A DNA stretch of 59,993 nt from an uncultured Dehalococcoidia bacterium (GTDB lineage: Bacteria; Chloroflexota; Dehalococcoidia; Lucifugimonadales; UBA826), in NCBI GenBank assembly GCA_964620395.1, contig CAZUHE010000001.1, positions 1 through 59,993 on the forward strand, given 5' to 3'. Positions 1-8,890 of this stretch are shown one piece after another. The stretch's first letter is position 1, and every line of letters starts with the position of its first letter. The position numbers were made by a program, and so were the translations under genes. The notes below the pieces were generated by a model that ran no database searches, was not told the origin of the DNA, and saw only the letters and a list, made by a program, of their open reading frames with translations.

Positions 1-210
1 ACTAGCAATGCTAGTATCACTCTGGGAAATCGTAGATTCCATAAAATCGTATCTAGTGATTGTGGCCAAGTCTGTGCAATGTCCACAAATGGCAGTCGAG
101 ATAGGGTTATGTTTAGCGTTGTAATGGGGTCTATAGACACTGACCCCACGGACGCTGCAAGAAGGCAGCATATTCCGGAACCGATTAAGGCGATAGTAAA
201 CCGCCTCCAT
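1..210 (-). CDS. hypothetical protein, N-terminal part only (ORF runs off the left edge)
   Basis: My own minus-strand translation from ATG at 210-208 gives MEAVYYRLNRFRNMLPSCSVRGVSVYRPHYNAKHNPISTAICGHCTDLATITRYDFMESTISQSDTSIAS... It stays open to position 1, so it has no stop in the window and is absent from the ORF track. It is co-directional with the BtuF-like gene and lies 66 nt downstream of it. No family recognised. Confidence 0.3.
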   Translation of the reverse strand, partial: MEAVYYRLNRFRNMLPSCSVRGVSVYRPHYNAKHNPISTAICGHCTDLATITRYDFMESTISQSDTSIAS

Positions 211-276
211 GGGAAAATTAGTACTCGTAAATTTTGCCTATTGTTATCGTTACCATCATTTTTCTGCTGCAAATTA

Positions 277-1368
277 TCACCTGAGAATACCTGGATATAT
301 AAATTCTGCGAGTTCTTCTACTCCTTCTATAAATCTTGGTCCTGAAACGCTTAATAGATCCTCACTAGGGGTATATATAGCATTGTTTTTCACGGCTAGT
401 ATGTCCTTAAAAGCGATATCATTTGTGAAAGAATCTCCATACGAGGCGATAATATATTGTGGGTTTCTTTCGACCAAAATCTCTGGTGACACTTGTGCAT
501 ATCCTTCAATGTCCCCAGATATATTTTTTAACTTCAGAAGTTGAAATACGTTTCCTACGAGAGTGTTATCACCTGGAGCCCAAAGTCCACCTACGTCTTG
601 AAATACTGATGGCCCTTCATTGTATGGTGCTAGGTGATATTCTATTTTCTGTATCCGTGACTCAAAGTCTCTTGCCAAATCCTCTGCTTCATTCACAGCA
701 CCAGTAATAGTTCCCCACATTCGGAAATGCTGAGACATTTGTCTGAAATCATCGTCAATGGTAGGTATAAGCAGGACATTTAATCCAGCTTCTTCCAATT
801 GGTCTTTGAAAGATGGGTAGAAAAGATAAACTAAGTCTGGTTCCAGACCTACTACGGTTTCAACATCCATATTAAACGCATCTCCTACTCTCGGAATGCT
901 CGCGGCTTCTCTTGGGTAAGTTACAAAATCATGAGTTGCCACAATTCTGGATCCTTCTCCAATCGCAAAAAGTATCTCAACCGCAGCCGAATCAAAGGCC
1001 ACGATTCTTTCGGGAGCCTTTTCAAAGACAATTTTCTTGCCGTCTCTATCTAGAACCGATACAGGAAATGTAGCAGTCAGAATTTCCCTATTCGGTGTGG
1101 TGATAATTTCTCTTTTCTGATTTGTGTTTGGGCTAGAAAGTTTGGACAAGTTGTCAGGTTTTTCTACTATTGATTTAACTGATGGTAGTGACGGTAATGG
1201 TTTTTCAGGATCCAAAGGCTTACTGGGTGTGTAAGTTATCTTGTCAGGAGGTTGGGGTGAATCTGCTGGTAAGGGCTGTTCGGGCTCCGGAACACTACAG
1301 CCGATTATCGATATACACAATAATATTGCAATACTAATAACAAAGAAATTTGTGGGCTTCAACGCCAT
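277..1368 (-). CDS. ABC transporter substrate-binding lipoprotein, Fe-siderophore/cobalamin (BtuF-like) type
   Basis: 363 aa. It has a lipoprotein signal with lipobox Cys (ILLCISIIGCS) and a Pro-rich linker. A Fe/B12-type periplasmic-binding-domain layout follows (ERIVAFDSAAVEILFAIG, PDLVYLF, PEILVERNPQYII). It lies directly downstream of a cobalamin riboswitch. Confidence 0.8.
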   Translation of the reverse strand: MALKPTNFFVISIAILLCISIIGCSVPEPEQPLPADSPQPPDKITYTPSKPLDPEKPLPSLPSVKSIVEKPDNLSKLSSPNTNQKREIITTPNREILTATFPVSVLDRDGKKIVFEKAPERIVAFDSAAVEILFAIGEGSRIVATHDFVTYPREAASIPRVGDAFNMDVETVVGLEPDLVYLFYPSFKDQLEEAGLNVLLIPTIDDDFRQMSQHFRMWGTITGAVNEAEDLARDFESRIQKIEYHLAPYNEGPSVFQDVGGLWAPGDNTLVGNVFQLLKLKNISGDIEGYAQVSPEILVERNPQYIIASYGDSFTNDIAFKDILAVKNNAIYTPSEDLLSVSGPRFIEGVEELAEFIYPGILR

Positions 1369-1384
1369 CTCCTAATTTATGTTG

Positions 1385-1605
1385 CCATCATGGTCAGGCG
1401 TAGGGTAAAAAAATACCCTGATCCGCCAGCGTTTAATTGTGGTGGATACAGGGTTACTTTAGAATCCGCATCCTATACCTTTCCGCGAAGGCTTAGATGT
1501 TGGTGATTGGTGGTGGACCGGACTCGTTTCTTAGAAACCTACCGTTGCGGGACAGTGTCGGATTTTGACCGACTTCCCCCTTTAAACCTACAAGGTACCA
1601 GATCA
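1385..1605 (-). promoter_or_regulatory. cobalamin (B12) riboswitch in the 5' leader of the BtuF-like gene
   Basis: The minus strand reads TGGTACCTTGTAGGTTTAAAGGGGGAAGTCGGTCAAAATCCGACACTGTCCCGCAACGGTAGG (about 1600 to 1538). This matches the conserved core as in the E. coli btuB leader (AGGGAA-N-GGTG..AATC-...CTG.C.CGCA.CGGTA.GG). A B12-box-like GAGTCCGGTCCACCACC follows at about 1525-1509. A GGCG..AGGGTA-T7-TACCCT.CGCC hairpin (about 1427-1393) lies before the SD AGGAG. The aptamer core is clear; the outer boundaries are approximate. Confidence 0.8.
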
Positions 1606-1678
1606 CGCATTATTTAGTTTTTCGAGTTATCAATTATGGTACACAGCGGATTGATTTGCAACGTGAGGAAACGAGGTT

Positions 1679-3085
1679 TTATCCTCTGTCATTGATATCG
1701 TACATTGCTATCACCAAAGGGTGGTTGGGATCCGCGTGAGAAAGTGGTTTAGGGTTTGTTACTTTCCCCACTGGACGAGTGTTTTCACCTTTTATTCCAG
1801 TCGCTTTATCTCCTATGTCTTTTCGGCAAGCATCTAATTTAGCGGAAAGATTAAAAACGACTTCGGGGTGTTCGTCGAACAAATTAATAGTTTCGCTAAT
1901 ATCATTTTCTAGGTCATATAAAGCATTAATTACGGGCATTTTTTCACCGTAATGTTGAGTTTTGCCAACATGAAGTTTCCATTTCCCACTTCTCACAGCT
2001 TCTAGGTTGTCACCATTGTAATAATAGAAATCCTCACGATTGGAGCCACACTTAAAGCCACTCAAGATCCGAGAAGAAAGGTCTATTCCATCAATATGTC
2101 TGTCTGAGGGTGTTTCAACTTCCGCAAGTGTCGCTAATGTCGGGTAAAGGTCCATAGAAGTTACAATCTCATTACAAGTTATTCCTTCACTAATATGTTC
2201 TGGCCATCTTATAATGCAAGGTACCCTGAGGCCTCCTTCCCAAGTGCTACCTTTAGCACCTCTTAATGGTTGATTACTACCAAACCCGGAGGATCCAGAC
2301 TTGTTGTTAATGCTTTCCCCTTTAACCCTTGATCCGTTATCGCTTGTGAATATCACAATGGTCTTGTTGTCTATACCGAGACGTTCTAATTCCTTAAAAA
2401 TCTTACCTGTAGCGGAGTCGATACTGGCTACGCCACCACCATATGCTCCATTGTTGGATGATTGCAAAAATTCCTCTTTCACGTAAATTGGCAAATGAAC
2501 ATACATGTGGGCGAAATAAAGAAAAAAAGGTTTGTCCTGATTTGAAGATATGAAGTCTATCGCCTCACACACGTAACTGTCTGTAATGTTGGTCTGGTCA
2601 GGTTGTAAAGAAACGACTTGCTCGTCTTTTACCAAAGGAAGTGGTGGTAGGGTGTCCTCAGCAAACTGGATACCCATGTCATTACTGTATGGTATTCCAA
2701 AATAGCTATCAAATCCGTGTTTTGTCGGCAAAAATTCGTTCTGATCACCACAGTGCCATTTGCCCACGAGTTTTGTAGCATAACCTACTGACTGTAATAG
2801 GCTTGCTATAGTAATTTCGTCTGGATTTAGTCCGTACTCGTGGCCAGGGAAAAGTACTCTCTGTCCATTAAAATCACCAAATCCGATTCTGGGTGGATAA
2901 CATCCCGTCAACATAGCTCCTCTGGAAGGTGTGCAAACTGGGGAAGCCATGTAAAAGTCAGTGAACTTCACTCCCTCGGCAGCCATCTTGTCTAAGACGG
3001 GAGTTTCGTGTAGTTCTGAGCCGTAACACCCAAGATCTCCGTAACCTAGGTCGTCACAGTTAATCAATATTATGTTTGGCTGCAT
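1679..3085 (-). CDS. arylsulfatase (Cys-type, formylglycine-dependent sulfatase family)
   Basis: 468 aa. It has the N-terminal metal-site motif INCDDLGYGDLG and the formylglycine motif CTPSRGAMLTG. SD GAGGT lies upstream. No signal peptide (starts MQPNIILINCDD). Confidence 0.9.
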   Translation of the reverse strand: MQPNIILINCDDLGYGDLGCYGSELHETPVLDKMAAEGVKFTDFYMASPVCTPSRGAMLTGCYPPRIGFGDFNGQRVLFPGHEYGLNPDEITIASLLQSVGYATKLVGKWHCGDQNEFLPTKHGFDSYFGIPYSNDMGIQFAEDTLPPLPLVKDEQVVSLQPDQTNITDSYVCEAIDFISSNQDKPFFLYFAHMYVHLPIYVKEEFLQSSNNGAYGGGVASIDSATGKIFKELERLGIDNKTIVIFTSDNGSRVKGESINNKSGSSGFGSNQPLRGAKGSTWEGGLRVPCIIRWPEHISEGITCNEIVTSMDLYPTLATLAEVETPSDRHIDGIDLSSRILSGFKCGSNREDFYYYNGDNLEAVRSGKWKLHVGKTQHYGEKMPVINALYDLENDISETINLFDEHPEVVFNLSAKLDACRKDIGDKATGIKGENTRPVGKVTNPKPLSHADPNHPLVIAMYDINDRG

Positions 3086-3140
3086 TTAAAATACCTCATA
3101 AATCCGTAATTAATAAATAGTCTTACTCATCGTTAGTACA

Positions 3141-4790
3141 CTAAGTAAAAAACGTGTCCTCTGATGGACAATCAATGATGCCCTCAAACTCAGGGCCGCC
3201 TGCAGAAAGATATCCACCACTTTCCCCCTTAGGGGTGTTGCTAACCCAAAAAGAGTATAACTTTGTGTTGGTTGTATAAAATTTGAACCTGACTTTTGTT
3301 CCTTGAATGGCAGACAGGTTATCTGTTTCGGACCAAGTTATTTGTTTCTTCGTTGAATCGATATTGACAACATCGCATTTGTCAGCGGTGAAAGGCTGTA
3401 ACACCTCACCATGTTCATCAAGTATTTCTATCTTAAGAGACCCCAAGCTGGCATCGCAATTTACAAAAAGATGTTGCCCGCTAAAGGTGACAAGTTTTGT
3501 TGTTAGGACCCTGGGAGTATTACCAGAGTCCATAGAAGCAAATCCATCCCTTCTTAAGGTAGCCAAACCGGTTGATCCTCCCGCATACATCGCATTGGCT
3601 CGCCGGTGTGATCCGATCATACTTCCATGTAAATTTGGCGAAATACCTGACCATGCACCGTAGTAGAAGTAAAGTTCATCACCTACGACCAGACAAGTAC
3701 CTCCTGCGGCGTGAATATATGCCTTATCCCATGAACCATCTTTTCTTTCAGAAGCTATAAACGGTTGGCGAGATTCCCTGTCCCAATGGAATCCATCCCG
3801 GCTGAAAGCGACGGTTAGGTCATTGGTTTTCGGGATTCCATTTCTTTCTGCAATCTCGTTGTGCGGACCTTGATAGATAGCAAAAAGCCCCAACATCAGA
3901 CTTTCATATGCGTTTGCATTGATATCGTATAGTTGAGGCTCGTCTCCAATGTACGGGTCTGGAAGGTCCAAGTAATCAGACCACGCCCACATAGACATAT
4001 CTTCCACATCCCATTGCGAGCCTTCAAAAAAGTTTTCATGTTCACGATAAGAACGAGTTCGTATATGACGTGTGTTGGGATCAAGTTTGGAGCTATGTGA
4101 TTTGGGTGTTCTTATGCTGTAGACCCATTTCTTGATGAACGGATTGTAAAAAAAAGTTGAGTTGTCTCCTAAAACACCGGTGGGCGTTGGATCTCCCCAA
4201 TGAATACCATCTGCTGAAGAATATATTTCTCCTATTTCGCCGTTATTAGCATAACGAAAAAACTGAAACATCTTAAATCTTTCTTCGGGATTGTGGGTGG
4301 CATGGTCCAGCCAGACGCAACAGCCATCTCTGCGATAGCCGTCTCGGTTTACCAGTACTAGATTTGTGCCCGGAACAACATCAAGAGTTGGTCTTATCCA
4401 GTTTATTCCATCTTCACTTGTGGCAAGGCAGGTTCCTTTCATCCACCCTGAGTGATACCACATTTTGAACATACGGTCTTTTGAGTCCCACCAGACTCCG
4501 TCGTTAAATGGTGCTGCCACCGGACATTCCCCGTTATCTAATTCTATATTTGTTTTAGGCGACAATACCGGGTTGTGTTCGCTTTTTATAGCTTGGTGAA
4601 ACGTCTTGGTCATAGACGTTTCATGGATAAGAAAGTTATCAACAAAAAGTTGTCTTCCCACATCGATCGGACATATCTCAGGTTTATTTTGTACATAATT
4701 GGCCGGTAATATTTCACTAGGTCCATTGAAATTCAAGCTGGGTGGCCATTGATCAGGAATTATTAAACCGTTATAGAGTTTTTCTGACAT
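3141..4790 (-). CDS. beta-propeller glycoside-hydrolase-like protein (family not assignable by eye)
   Basis: 549 aa. Repeated blade-like segments (SEDGINW, SADGIHWGD, SRDGFHWDR) and an N-terminal RQLFVDNFLI segment recall 5-bladed propeller glycosidase-like proteins of the GH43/32/117/130 type. No signal peptide. The coding call is solid; the function is tentative. Confidence 0.4.
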   Translation of the reverse strand: MSEKLYNGLIIPDQWPPSLNFNGPSEILPANYVQNKPEICPIDVGRQLFVDNFLIHETSMTKTFHQAIKSEHNPVLSPKTNIELDNGECPVAAPFNDGVWWDSKDRMFKMWYHSGWMKGTCLATSEDGINWIRPTLDVVPGTNLVLVNRDGYRRDGCCVWLDHATHNPEERFKMFQFFRYANNGEIGEIYSSADGIHWGDPTPTGVLGDNSTFFYNPFIKKWVYSIRTPKSHSSKLDPNTRHIRTRSYREHENFFEGSQWDVEDMSMWAWSDYLDLPDPYIGDEPQLYDINANAYESLMLGLFAIYQGPHNEIAERNGIPKTNDLTVAFSRDGFHWDRESRQPFIASERKDGSWDKAYIHAAGGTCLVVGDELYFYYGAWSGISPNLHGSMIGSHRRANAMYAGGSTGLATLRRDGFASMDSGNTPRVLTTKLVTFSGQHLFVNCDASLGSLKIEILDEHGEVLQPFTADKCDVVNIDSTKKQITWSETDNLSAIQGTKVRFKFYTTNTKLYSFWVSNTPKGESGGYLSAGGPEFEGIIDCPSEDTFFT

Positions 4791-4840
4791 ATTCTCTTTT
4801 CTACTAATGGGGCTGTTTTGGATTTGTAGATAGATTTGTT

Positions 4841-5791
4841 TTATGCATATTCGAGATATCGCCGCGGGTTGTCTATTGTGATTGTATTGATATCGGTATC
4901 TTTCACGCCTATCTGCCTCATATAGGGGATGACGTTACGTATTATGAACAGATAATTATCAGGGTTATTGTTTTCTCTAGCTGAGCGCATTTCAGACGGG
5001 AAAAGACCCATCGATGAATCCCAGTCATGGGCGATCATTATTCTTTTTCCCCAGCCTTGGTCAATTAAAGTTTTTAGGATTTGAGTTCTTTCTTTCCAGC
5101 TGGGCACATCGGGTCCATTTCCTGGATGCCTGTCCATTCCAAGCCAGACGCCTTTTTGCAGAAGCCCAGTTAGGTACTCCATATTTGTGGTGTCATTGCT
5201 GTGACCAATACATACCTTACTGAGATCCATTCCTTCTTCTTCTAATATTTGTACTTGTTGGTCCCCAATACGTGCCGGGGCCCAGGTATGAGTCATAATA
5301 GGTATTCCCGTATGGAGGCTCGCTCTGGCTGCTGCCCTGAGAACCAGTTCTTCACCAGGTTTAACCCCATCTCTATCGCTCGCAACTTTTATAATCCCAG
5401 GTTTTATTCCTGTTCCGTCGATACCTTCCTCTATTTCCCGTATATACATTTGGGCTATCTTGTCCGGTTTCAACCGTTCAAAAAATTTGGGAACGTCTAG
5501 CCATGTACCTGTGCATACGACAATGTTAATGCCAGATTGGAGGGACACCTCTTGTTGTAGCCTTACATCTCGGCCTTGATCATGAGGTGCTACATCCATG
5601 ATCGTTTGCAACCCCTCCATTTTTGCCTGGGTGAGATCTTTAACTGCTCTAGCAAGTGTTGCGGGACGGTCTAGGAATTCAGGGAAAGAATGGGGGGATC
5701 CACCAAAGCCACCACTGATATGCTCGTGGCTCTGTGTAAAACCGAGTTTTTCGCTATCTATAGGACCTAATGCCGTGTTAATACTGACCAT
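4841..5791 (-). CDS. phosphotriesterase-family (PTE/PHP-like) metal-dependent hydrolase
   Basis: 316 aa. An N-terminal HxH metal motif sits in GFTQSHEHISGG, with later ligand contexts IMTHTW, CIGHSND and IAHDWD typical of the phosphotriesterase homology family. SD GGAGGT lies 10 nt upstream. Confidence 0.8.
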   Translation of the reverse strand: MVSINTALGPIDSEKLGFTQSHEHISGGFGGSPHSFPEFLDRPATLARAVKDLTQAKMEGLQTIMDVAPHDQGRDVRLQQEVSLQSGINIVVCTGTWLDVPKFFERLKPDKIAQMYIREIEEGIDGTGIKPGIIKVASDRDGVKPGEELVLRAAARASLHTGIPIMTHTWAPARIGDQQVQILEEEGMDLSKVCIGHSNDTTNMEYLTGLLQKGVWLGMDRHPGNGPDVPSWKERTQILKTLIDQGWGKRIMIAHDWDSSMGLFPSEMRSARENNNPDNYLFIIRNVIPYMRQIGVKDTDINTITIDNPRRYLEYA

Positions 5792-5968
5792 AATTGATAT
5801 ACCTCCATATTTACATACCAGTGGATATGGATACTAACAGAGCTTTTTTTAAGGTCGCAAGCTAGGATTGTATTTTTTGATTTGTGGTATATTCGCCCAT
5901 ATCTGCATATGTTGATGAGTTTTGATGCTTTACATTAATGATCATTTAGTTTCTCAGGGGTTTTTGTT

Positions 5969-7351
5969 ATGAAATCAAACAGGAAAGAAGTAGCTCATTT
6001 GATGAGGAGGGCGGCGTTTGGTGCGACTGCTGAAGAGTTGGATGAGTTAACTGCCACATTCAGTTACGATGAAATTGTGGACTTTCTTGTAAAACCAGAA
6101 CATTATCCTGATATAGACCAGTCTTATATAGACAGATATTACTTTGGAGAGACTTCACAGAGGAATACCCCATTTATTGCCGCTTGGGTGTATCGGATGT
6201 TAAATGGTCAGCGCCCGCTCCAGGAAAAAATGACCTTGTTTCTTCATCATATTTTCCCGGTTGGTTGGGGTAAGGGTATGAATTTTCTGACTACTAACAA
6301 AAATGTAGCCACTTATCGCAGGATAGCGATGACCGATTTCAAGAATATACTTCTGGAGCTATCTAAGGATCCTGCGATGCTTTATTGGTTAGACAACAAT
6401 GAAAATCATAAAGGTGAGATTAACGAAAACTATGGTAGAGAGTTGCTTGAACTTTTTTCCATGGGTGTAGGTAATTACACTGAAGATGATATCAAAAATG
6501 CGTCCCGGGCTTTCACAGGATGGACGTTTAATCAACCTATTTCTCTTTATCCCTGGGGTTATTACCCGGCAAAGTTCGAGTTCCATCCCGCAGATCATGA
6601 TAATGATAAAAAAGTGTTTTTAGGTAGGGAAGGTAACTTTAACGGAGAAGACATTATAGAGATAATAGTTGAACAGGAAGCTACTGCTAGATTCGTATCT
6701 CGGCACCTCTGTAACTTCTTTGTGGAGGATGAGCCTCAAGTTCCAGCATGGAACATCGAACCCCCTCGGGATCCTGCACTTGTGGACCAATTGTCAAAAG
6801 TCTTTATGGAAACTTCAGGTGATATGCCTGCTGTCCTCCAAGAACTTTTTAAATCTGATGGCTTCAAAAATTCAATAAATCTGCCAAAAGTAAAAAGTCC
6901 CACCGAATTGATTGTGGGTGTTTTAAAGCAAGTGGGGACTTACAGTCAGATGAAGCCTGGCTTGGAGCAAATAATAAATACCCTTAGTGTCATGGGCCAA
7001 GAACTTTTAAATCCGCCCACTGTTGAAGGTTGGCATACGGGTAGCGAATGGATTGACTCAGGCACCTTAAGTGAACGAATTAACTTCGCTTCACGCGCTT
7101 TTGCGGATATGGAAGACCCAGGCGTAAGAGATATTGTTCAAAGAGTTGGTAGTTTGGAGGGTAATCCAGATGATTTGTTAGAAAGATGTCTGGATGTATT
7201 GGGAGGTATAGAGGTGAGTTCGGCAACTAATTCAGAATTGCTAGAATATGCGACCGGTCTAATTGAACAAGAAAAAGTAGAACGTGGTTCAGCTGATATT
7301 AGTGACTTGATACAAATGATAGTCTCAACGGTAGATTACCAGTATGCCTAG
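5969..7351 (+). CDS. DUF1800 family protein
   Basis: 460 aa. Motifs HLMRRAAFGAT, MTLFLHHIFP and NENYGRELLELFSMGVGNYTEDD are characteristic of DUF1800. SD AGGGG lies upstream. Confidence 0.7.
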   Translation: MKSNRKEVAHLMRRAAFGATAEELDELTATFSYDEIVDFLVKPEHYPDIDQSYIDRYYFGETSQRNTPFIAAWVYRMLNGQRPLQEKMTLFLHHIFPVGWGKGMNFLTTNKNVATYRRIAMTDFKNILLELSKDPAMLYWLDNNENHKGEINENYGRELLELFSMGVGNYTEDDIKNASRAFTGWTFNQPISLYPWGYYPAKFEFHPADHDNDKKVFLGREGNFNGEDIIEIIVEQEATARFVSRHLCNFFVEDEPQVPAWNIEPPRDPALVDQLSKVFMETSGDMPAVLQELFKSDGFKNSINLPKVKSPTELIVGVLKQVGTYSQMKPGLEQIINTLSVMGQELLNPPTVEGWHTGSEWIDSGTLSERINFASRAFADMEDPGVRDIVQRVGSLEGNPDDLLERCLDVLGGIEVSSATNSELLEYATGLIEQEKVERGSADISDLIQMIVSTVDYQYA

Positions 7352-7381
7352 TAGGTTACAGATTTTATATGGAAAAAGAAT

Positions 7382-8644
7382 CTAAATGGAATTGTTTCTA
7401 TTAATTTTTTCCCCGTCTTTAAATACGGTTACTATTCGCCTTAAATCTTCGATGTTTTTACCAGGGTTCCCGTCTACGATTACCAAATCCGCTTTTTTAC
7501 CAGGTTCTATTGATCCCACCTTATCGTCGTAATTACAAGATCTTGCGGAGTTTAAAGTGGCGGATACAATCGCATCTTCAGGTGGCATTCCTGATAGCAC
7601 AGTTGACTCTATTTCTCCTTGAAAATCACCCATTTTGTAGTGCCCCCAGGCGGAATCTGATCCACATACCAGGGTGACACCGCTTTCTCTCATCCGATTA
7701 ACATGTTCCATCCTTACTTGTCGCTCTTCCCGTATCGTCTTTAATTGGTTTTGTTCGAAAGAATTTAGTCCATGTTTATCCATTTTGGTTTGTAGCCTTT
7801 GGCCTTCTACCCTTGCAATATTTAACGTTGGGTTCACGTAAATACCATGTTCAATTATTTGTTCCGTTATTTCTGGTCTGTATAAGTTAGTTCCGTCAGG
7901 TTCCTTATGAACACCATGGACGATAGTGTCTATCCCTGACTGGATTGCATTCAGCATACCTTCTGAAGACGTACAGTGAGCGACAGTATGTTTTCCAAAT
8001 TTGTGTGCTTCATCACAAATAGTTGTAAGTTCATCCACCGTGAAGGATGGGCGCATTGGAAAAGAAGTCTTAGTACTCCCTCCGGTAGCCGTGATCTTTA
8101 TAAAATCAGCCCCTTCTTTAACAAGCTGTCTAACGGCTGCTCGACATTCCGCTTCTCCAGTTGCTTGAGTTCCAAAGTATCCTAAATGGCCTCCTATTAT
8201 CGCGATTGGGCGGCCGGCTAAAATCAGTCTTGGGGCCTCTACGATACCCATTTCCACCGACTGTCGTAATAGGAAAGTGGTGTTGTGTTTGCCTCCACAA
8301 TCCCTAACGGTGGTAACCCCGGAATCAAGGTGTTTTTTCGCATTGACAGCAGCTTGAACGGTGAGTATCTCGTCCGGTAACAATGCAAGTTCATCCCCTG
8401 ATCTACCGTCTCCTATTCCATTCAAGTGAACATGGCAATCTACCAGCCCAGGTAGTACTGTGCGATTGCCATAATCTGTTTCTTCAACAAATGCGTCACT
8501 TGGCTTTGAGAGTGATCCTTGTGGCCCGACCTCGGCGATTTCTCCATCTTTAATTAATATTTCGGCCTTTGGCATGATGGCTTTTCCAGTGCCATCAATC
8601 ATGCGATCGATTTTTATTATTCTAAATGTAGTTGTTTTTTCCAT
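7382..8644 (-). CDS. amidohydrolase family protein (imidazolonepropionase / Xaa-Pro dipeptidase-like)
   Basis: The track ORF runs to 8818. The conserved domain starts at MEKTTTFRIIKIDRMIDGTG, whose ATG at 8644 is preceded by AGGAAA 7 nt upstream. It carries the metal motif GLVDCHVHLNG and later HCTS / VHGVH / GSDS contexts. Confidence 0.75.
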   Translation of the reverse strand: MEKTTTFRIIKIDRMIDGTGKAIMPKAEILIKDGEIAEVGPQGSLSKPSDAFVEETDYGNRTVLPGLVDCHVHLNGIGDGRSGDELALLPDEILTVQAAVNAKKHLDSGVTTVRDCGGKHNTTFLLRQSVEMGIVEAPRLILAGRPIAIIGGHLGYFGTQATGEAECRAAVRQLVKEGADFIKITATGGSTKTSFPMRPSFTVDELTTICDEAHKFGKHTVAHCTSSEGMLNAIQSGIDTIVHGVHKEPDGTNLYRPEITEQIIEHGIYVNPTLNIARVEGQRLQTKMDKHGLNSFEQNQLKTIREERQVRMEHVNRMRESGVTLVCGSDSAWGHYKMGDFQGEIESTVLSGMPPEDAIVSATLNSARSCNYDDKVGSIEPGKKADLVIVDGNPGKNIEDLRRIVTVFKDGEKINRNNSI

Positions 8645-8673
8645 TATTAATATTTCCTGATTACAGACCAGCC

Positions 8674-8696
8674 GGGTGCATACACACCCTTTTTTT
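8674..8696 (+). terminator. terminator-like hairpin (GGGTG-CATACA-CACCC followed by T7), orphan on the + strand
   Basis: Read directly: stem 8674-8678 / 8685-8689, T-run 8690-8696. It lies in the divergent intergenic region between the amidohydrolase (minus) and the alcohol dehydrogenase (plus). No + strand gene ends immediately upstream. Confidence 0.35.
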
Positions 8697-8890
8697 GATG
8701 GCCTAATCCCTTGCCCAATGTGTAAATGTCTTATTGGTGCGATATCATCACAGAGACTACTCTTTTGGTCAATTGGATGAACTTTTTTAAGACTGACTTG
8801 ACATTCATGGCTGGTCATTCAATATTGTTTTTAAATTATGAGATTTTGTATTTTCGCAACAACAATTATTATGATCTTAGGAGGAGTCCT

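Noticed and set aside
79-707. Plus-strand ORFs 79-345, 209-544 and 459-707
   Set aside because: They overlap the well-supported minus-strand BtuF-like gene and the partial ORF at 1-210. They have no SD and a low-complexity or odd composition, so they are shadow ORFs.
8645-8818. Long N-terminal extensions in the ORF track (7382-8818, 8726-9916, 16541-16849, 32334-33146, 21537-, 52439-, 55402-, 56705-57673)
   Set aside because: In each case the conserved family N-terminus starts at an internal ATG with a proper SD. The extension would overlap a neighbouring gene or a promoter region and carries no conserved sequence.
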